This document shows, one piece after another, positions 59,887 through 64,000 of a DNA stretch of 64,000 nucleotides (positions are counted from its first letter, which is position 1; every line of letters begins with the position of its first letter). This stretch comes from Escherichia coli. Its GTDB lineage: Bacteria > Pseudomonadota > Gammaproteobacteria > Enterobacterales > Enterobacteriaceae. Both the position numbers and the translations under genes were made by a program. The notes beneath the pieces are model-generated. The model had not been told where the DNA came from. It worked only from the letters and a program-made list of their open reading frames with translations, and did not search any database. Where the stretch lies: assembly GCF_041886205.1 (NCBI RefSeq), contig NZ_CP169029.1; one strand, given 5' to 3'.

Positions 59887-61200
59887 TTATTGATCCGCAG
59901 TTTTATCAAATTTGCCCAGCACTTCACGCTCATAAGCCAGCGCCTTTTTGCGGTCAAATTTGTGTTCCCACTTGGCAATCACCAGCACCGCCAGCGCATT
60001 ACCCACCACGTTCAGCGCAGTACGCGCCATGTCGAGGATACGGTCAACACCAGCAATAAACGCCAGACCTTCCAGCGGAATACCTACGCTACCCAGCGTT
60101 GCCAGCAACACCACAAACGACACGCCCGGCACGCCAGCAATCCCTTTCGAGGTCACCATCAGCGTCAGCACCAGAATGATTTCCTGCCAGATGGACAGGT
60201 CAATGCCATACAGCTGAGCGATGAAAATAGCGGCAATACTTTGATACAGCGTCGAACCATCAAGGTTAAAAGAGTAACCGGTCGGCACCACGAAGCTGGT
60301 GATCGACGCCGGTGCTCCGTAGGCTTCCATCTTCTCAATAATTCGCGGCAGTACGCTTTCAGAGCTGGCAGTGGAGTACGCCAGAATCAGCTCATCTTTC
60401 AGAATACGAATCAGGATCCAGACGCTTAACCCGCACAGGCGCGCCACAATTCCCAGCACTACCAGCGCGAAGAACAGAATGGCGAAATGCACCAGCAACA
60501 CCAGTTTCGCCAGTGGCCACAGAGAAGAGAAACCAAAGTTAGCCACCGTCACCGCAATCAGCGCAAACACACCCACCGGCGCATAACGCATCACCATGTG
60601 CGTCACTTTAAACATGGTTTCAGAGATGGAGCGGAACACGGTCACCAGCGGTTCACGATGCGTCGCGGGCAGGGAGGAAAGCCCCAGACCAAACAGCACC
60701 GAGAAGAAGATGATCGGCAGCATTTCGCCTTTCGCCATCGACGCCACAATGTTCGTCGGCACCAGCGACAAAATCGTGCCCATAATGCCGTGGGAACTGC
60801 TTTGTACCGCTTCCGTAGTGCTCTGATATTTCGAGATATCGACGGTCGCCAGCTGCGACATATCCACCCCGGCACCGGGCTGGAAGACGTTAGCCAGAGT
60901 GATCCCCAAAATGATGGCGACGGTGGTGATCACCTCGAAGTAGATAATGGTTTTCGCGCCAATACGCCCGAGCTGTTTGGCATCACCCACACCCGCGATA
61001 CCCACCACCAGCGTGGAGATCACAATCGGCACAACAATCATTTTGATCAGATGGATGAAGATATCACCCGCCGGAGAGAGCAAATTGACGACCAGCCAGT
61101 CGCGGCTGTCGCTATGGTAGTGCAGATAGCTTCCCAGGAGAATGCCCAGCACCATAGCAAACAGAATCTGCCAGGCCAGGCTGAATTTTATATTTTTCAT
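59887..61200 (-). CDS. gltP: proton/glutamate-aspartate symporter GltP
   Basis: 437-aa ORF; dicarboxylate/amino-acid:cation symporter family. Confidence 0.96.
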   Translation of the reverse strand: MKNIKFSLAWQILFAMVLGILLGSYLHYHSDSRDWLVVNLLSPAGDIFIHLIKMIVVPIVISTLVVGIAGVGDAKQLGRIGAKTIIYFEVITTVAIILGITLANVFQPGAGVDMSQLATVDISKYQSTTEAVQSSSHGIMGTILSLVPTNIVASMAKGEMLPIIFFSVLFGLGLSSLPATHREPLVTVFRSISETMFKVTHMVMRYAPVGVFALIAVTVANFGFSSLWPLAKLVLLVHFAILFFALVVLGIVARLCGLSVWILIRILKDELILAYSTASSESVLPRIIEKMEAYGAPASITSFVVPTGYSFNLDGSTLYQSIAAIFIAQLYGIDLSIWQEIILVLTLMVTSKGIAGVPGVSFVVLLATLGSVGIPLEGLAFIAGVDRILDMARTALNVVGNALAVLVIAKWEHKFDRKKALAYEREVLGKFDKTADQ

Positions 61201-61541
61201 CAGAATAACTTCCTCAATGGAGCGCCGTTCCCCGTTCAGAAACGCGAGAACGTGACATACTGCCAGGGCATGAATTGTGTTGCGTTGGTTTGTAGATTTT
61301 TTTAACGCTTATGATCAGTATCATTTGCGCGGTATGTTGCGCAACCCTTTAACAACAGAGCTTTTCGCTGCATTAATGCATAATAACGCGAGTTTATGGC
61401 AGGATTAATGAATAACCATTTGTTATGGAAAGATTTTTATTTGTTTAATCTGCAATAATACTGATTAGTGATTATTTTTGGCATATGTTCATTCGATTAT
61501 TTTTTATGCAGCTCAATAACATAATCTTCATCACCAGATGA

Positions 61542-62138
61542 TTAATCCGATCTCCGCTGCAACAGTTTCGCCATATTAATCGACTCGACCAGCTGTGTCC
61601 GGTTGATCCGGGGTGAGTTGAGATCCATCACTTTTTGCCATAGTTCGATGGCTTGCGCGTAATTCGCCTGCATAAACGCATCGGAAGCCAGCAGCATCAG
61701 AGCAGTGATTTCGTTAGAGTCCAGCGCGAGGGCTTTGTCGATCATTGCGCGAGTCTGGGCGGTCATATGCTGGCTGGCCTGGTAATAAAGCACCGTCGCC
61801 AGCGCCGCATACAGTTCAGCGTTCTCACCACGTAGTTGCAACGCCTGACGGTACGCCAGCAACGAATTGCTGTAATCGTTTTGCCACAGATAGTACTCGC
61901 CCAGTAACGCCCACTGTTCGCTGTTTTGTGGATTAGCGCGGATTTTATCCTGCAATGCCTGAAGCTGCGCTTCCGGGGTTTGCTGGCTGGCAAACTGATG
62001 TAGCGGATCGCGCTGACGCTGATACTCCGCACGTACCGCCTGCCATTTTGGGCTTAACAGATAACTGCCGACACAGAGAAATACCATCAAAATCGTGAGT
62101 GTTGTCAGCATTTTCACCGGTATTTTGGGCTGTTTCAT
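61542..62138 (-). CDS. nrfG: formate-dependent nitrite reductase assembly protein NrfG (TPR)
   Basis: 198 aa from [14 protein letters not shown]...; TPR repeats. Confidence 0.92.
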   Translation of the reverse strand: MKQPKIPVKMLTTLTILMVFLCVGSYLLSPKWQAVRAEYQRQRDPLHQFASQQTPEAQLQALQDKIRANPQNSEQWALLGEYYLWQNDYSNSLLAYRQALQLRGENAELYAALATVLYYQASQHMTAQTRAMIDKALALDSNEITALMLLASDAFMQANYAQAIELWQKVMDLNSPRINRTQLVESINMAKLLQRRSD

Positions 62139-62518
62139 CGCTTCGCCCTCACTCGCCAGAGGATCAGTGCCATCAGCAGTAACAACACCACTGGCAGCGC
62201 CCACAACACCAGCGTCTGACCCGTTAACGGTGGGTTATAGCGAACAAAATCTCCGTAGCGTTCGGTCATCCAGCCAATGATTTCGACTTCGTTCTTCCCC
62301 TCCGCCACCATGCTGTAAACCTGATGGCGCATACTGACCGCCACCGGCGCGTTGGATTCCAGTAAGTTCTGATTCTGGCACTGCGGACAACGTAACTGGC
62401 TGGCAATATTTAACGCCTGTTGCTGTTGTTGCGGATTGGCGAATTGCCAGGTGTCTACGACCTGAGCGCGCGCAAAACAGGTAAATAACAGCAGTAGCGT
62501 GAGAAGCCCTTTATTCAT
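62135..62518 (-). CDS. nrfF: cytochrome c-type biogenesis protein NrfF (CcmH-like)
   Basis: 127 aa; CPQC thiol-redox motif ([11 protein letters not shown]). Confidence 0.93.
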   Translation of the reverse strand: MNKGLLTLLLLFTCFARAQVVDTWQFANPQQQQQALNIASQLRCPQCQNQNLLESNAPVAVSMRHQVYSMVAEGKNEVEIIGWMTERYGDFVRYNPPLTGQTLVLWALPVVLLLLMALILWRVRAKR

Positions 62519-64000
62519 CGCGCTTCTTCCCCCGCCATCCGCTTAACAATGCGCCCGCAATCATCAACAATCCTCCCCCCCAAATCCAGCGCACACCGCT
62601 TTGTACATACAAACGAACAGCGTAACGATCCGCTCCGGTTTTTTCACCCATGACCACATACCAGTCATGGATGCCGTTCCAGCGAATTGACGGTTCCATC
62701 ATTTGCTGACGGCGTGCTTCATAAAAACGCCGCTCCGGCGTTAATTCACCAATGCGTTGCTGATGGTCAAACAGCGCCACTATCGCTTTTTCGCTGGTGT
62801 AATTGCCTTTGGCTTGCAGATCGAGGCGCTCAAAACGGAAGGTGTATCCTGCCAGCGTCACCGGCTGACCCGGCTGTAAATTCAGGCTGATTTCCTGACG
62901 GCTGACGCTGGAAACCACGACCCCAGCGGCAAATAACAGCACGCCCGCATGAGCTACCAGCGCCGGAAGCTGCGCGCGTTTGCCAGAGACAAACGTCGCC
63001 AGCACAATCACCACCAGCATCAACAGACCAAACGGTAACGTCGCGCGGTTAAAATAAGGTGCGCCAACGGAGAGGCGTCCCCAGCCCAGCAGGCCGTAAA
63101 TCATCGGATAAAGCGTTCCCACCAGCACGATCAGTAGCACTGCGCAAAACAGCAACAGCGTAGCGAGGATTAACATTTCCCGCGATAACCCCGAAAAACG
63201 CACCGCCGGGCCACCGTCCCGCGCTCGCCAGCCATACAGAGCCAGAGACGCAAGGCTAATCAGTGCAAACAGGCTGAACAACGGCACGGCGCGGACGTTA
63301 TCCAGCGCGAACGCATGAACCGAAACCAGAATGCCAGAACGGACAATTAAGGTGCCCAGCAGCGACAGCATCAGAGTAACTATCGCCAGCAGCAGCGACC
63401 AGTGGCGGAAAATCCCCCGCTGACGTGTCAGAGATAAACTGTGCAGCAGCGCAGTGGCAGAAAGCCAGGGTAATAAAGAGGCGTTTTCCACCGGATCCCA
63501 GAACCACCAGCCGCCCCAGCCCAGTTCGCAATAGGCCCACCAGGAACCGAGGATGATCCCCGCCGTTAATGCACTCCAACCAGGTAACGCCCAGCACCAG
63601 CAAATTCGGGCGCAGGCACCATCAAACTCGCCGCGCAGTAGACTCGCCAGCGCCACGCTCGCCGCTACCATCAAACCGCCATAGCCAAGGTAAAGCAGCG
63701 GTGGATGAAAGATAAGACCGGGATGTTGCAGCATCGGATTGAGATCGCGGCCTTCGATTGCTGGTGGAAATATCCGCACGAAGGGATCGGACCACAGCAC
63801 TACAAACAGTAGCAGTGCGGCGAGCATGAGAGATAAAACGGCTAGCGTCAGCGGAAATAGCGGATCGGTTTGCTGCCGATAATGCCAGGCAAACAGCGCG
63901 CTCCAGGCGGAAAGCAGCAGCACCCAAAGCAGCAGCGAACCTTCATGACCGCCCCACACCGCCGCCAGTTTGAGTTCCCACGACAGCAGGCTGTAGCTAT
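62511..64000 (-). CDS. nrfE: haem lyase NrfE (CcmF-like), 5' end beyond the window
   Basis: 482-aa ORF from an internal Met; gene continues in frame to the window edge; polytopic CcmF-family sequence. Confidence 0.9.
   Translation of the reverse strand, partial: SYSLLSWELKLAAVWGGHEGSLLLWVLLLSAWSALFAWHYRQQTDPLFPLTLAVLSLMLAALLLFVVLWSDPFVRIFPPAIEGRDLNPMLQHPGLIFHPPLLYLGYGGLMVAASVALASLLRGEFDGACARICWCWALPGWSALTAGIILGSWWAYCELGWGGWWFWDPVENASLLPWLSATALLHSLSLTRQRGIFRHWSLLLAIVTLMLSLLGTLIVRSGILVSVHAFALDNVRAVPLFSLFALISLASLALYGWRARDGGPAVRFSGLSREMLILATLLLFCAVLLIVLVGTLYPMIYGLLGWGRLSVGAPYFNRATLPFGLLMLVVIVLATFVSGKRAQLPALVAHAGVLLFAAGVVVSSVSRQEISLNLQPGQPVTLAGYTFRFERLDLQAKGNYTSEKAIVALFDHQQRIGELTPERRFYEARRQQMMEPSIRWNGIHDWYVVMGEKTGADRYAVRLYVQSGVRWIWGGGLLMIAGALLSGWRGKKRDE

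Noticed and set aside
59863-61305. Plus-strand ORFs of 188 and 272 aa
   Set aside because: Antisense to gltP; His/Arg/Gln-rich nonsense translations.

Overview
This window is a core Escherichia coli / Shigella chromosomal segment, collinear with the K-12 region nrf–fdhF–phn–proP–basRS–adi … pheU–dsbD–aspA–groESL–efp–frdABCD–yjeM but in reverse orientation. Almost every gene is intact and of K-12 length. Functional modules present include fumarate reductase (frdABCD) with the overlapping ampC promoter/attenuator; the EF-P modification set (efp, epmB, epmA); groES/groEL behind a sigma-32 promoter; aspA–dcuA; cutA–dsbD–yjdC; eptA–basRS with pmrR; a complete 14-gene C-P lyase operon (phnC–P) plus phnA/phnB; ytcA–mdtNOP; the selenoprotein gene fdhF; gltP; and nrfGFE (nrfE cut by the window edge). 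I do not see a convincing previously undescribed system: no unassigned multi-gene cluster, CRISPR array or defence-like cargo is present. The real departures from the K-12 layout are two deletion scars. (1) At tRNA-Phe (pheU) an intact P4-type integrase is followed directly by a complete IS1 that abuts adiY, so the block K-12 carries between pheU and adiY (cadCBA, dtpC, lysU, ghoST, dcuSR, dcuB, fumB, mel, adiA) is absent from this position. This resembles the cadA 'black hole' of Shigella/EIEC. (2) Between yjdP and yjcS only a degenerate rpiB-like remnant remains where K-12 has rpiB–rpiR–alsBACEK. Smaller items are listed as findings. All gene assignments rest on my recognition of the translated ORFs and synteny; no database search was run.
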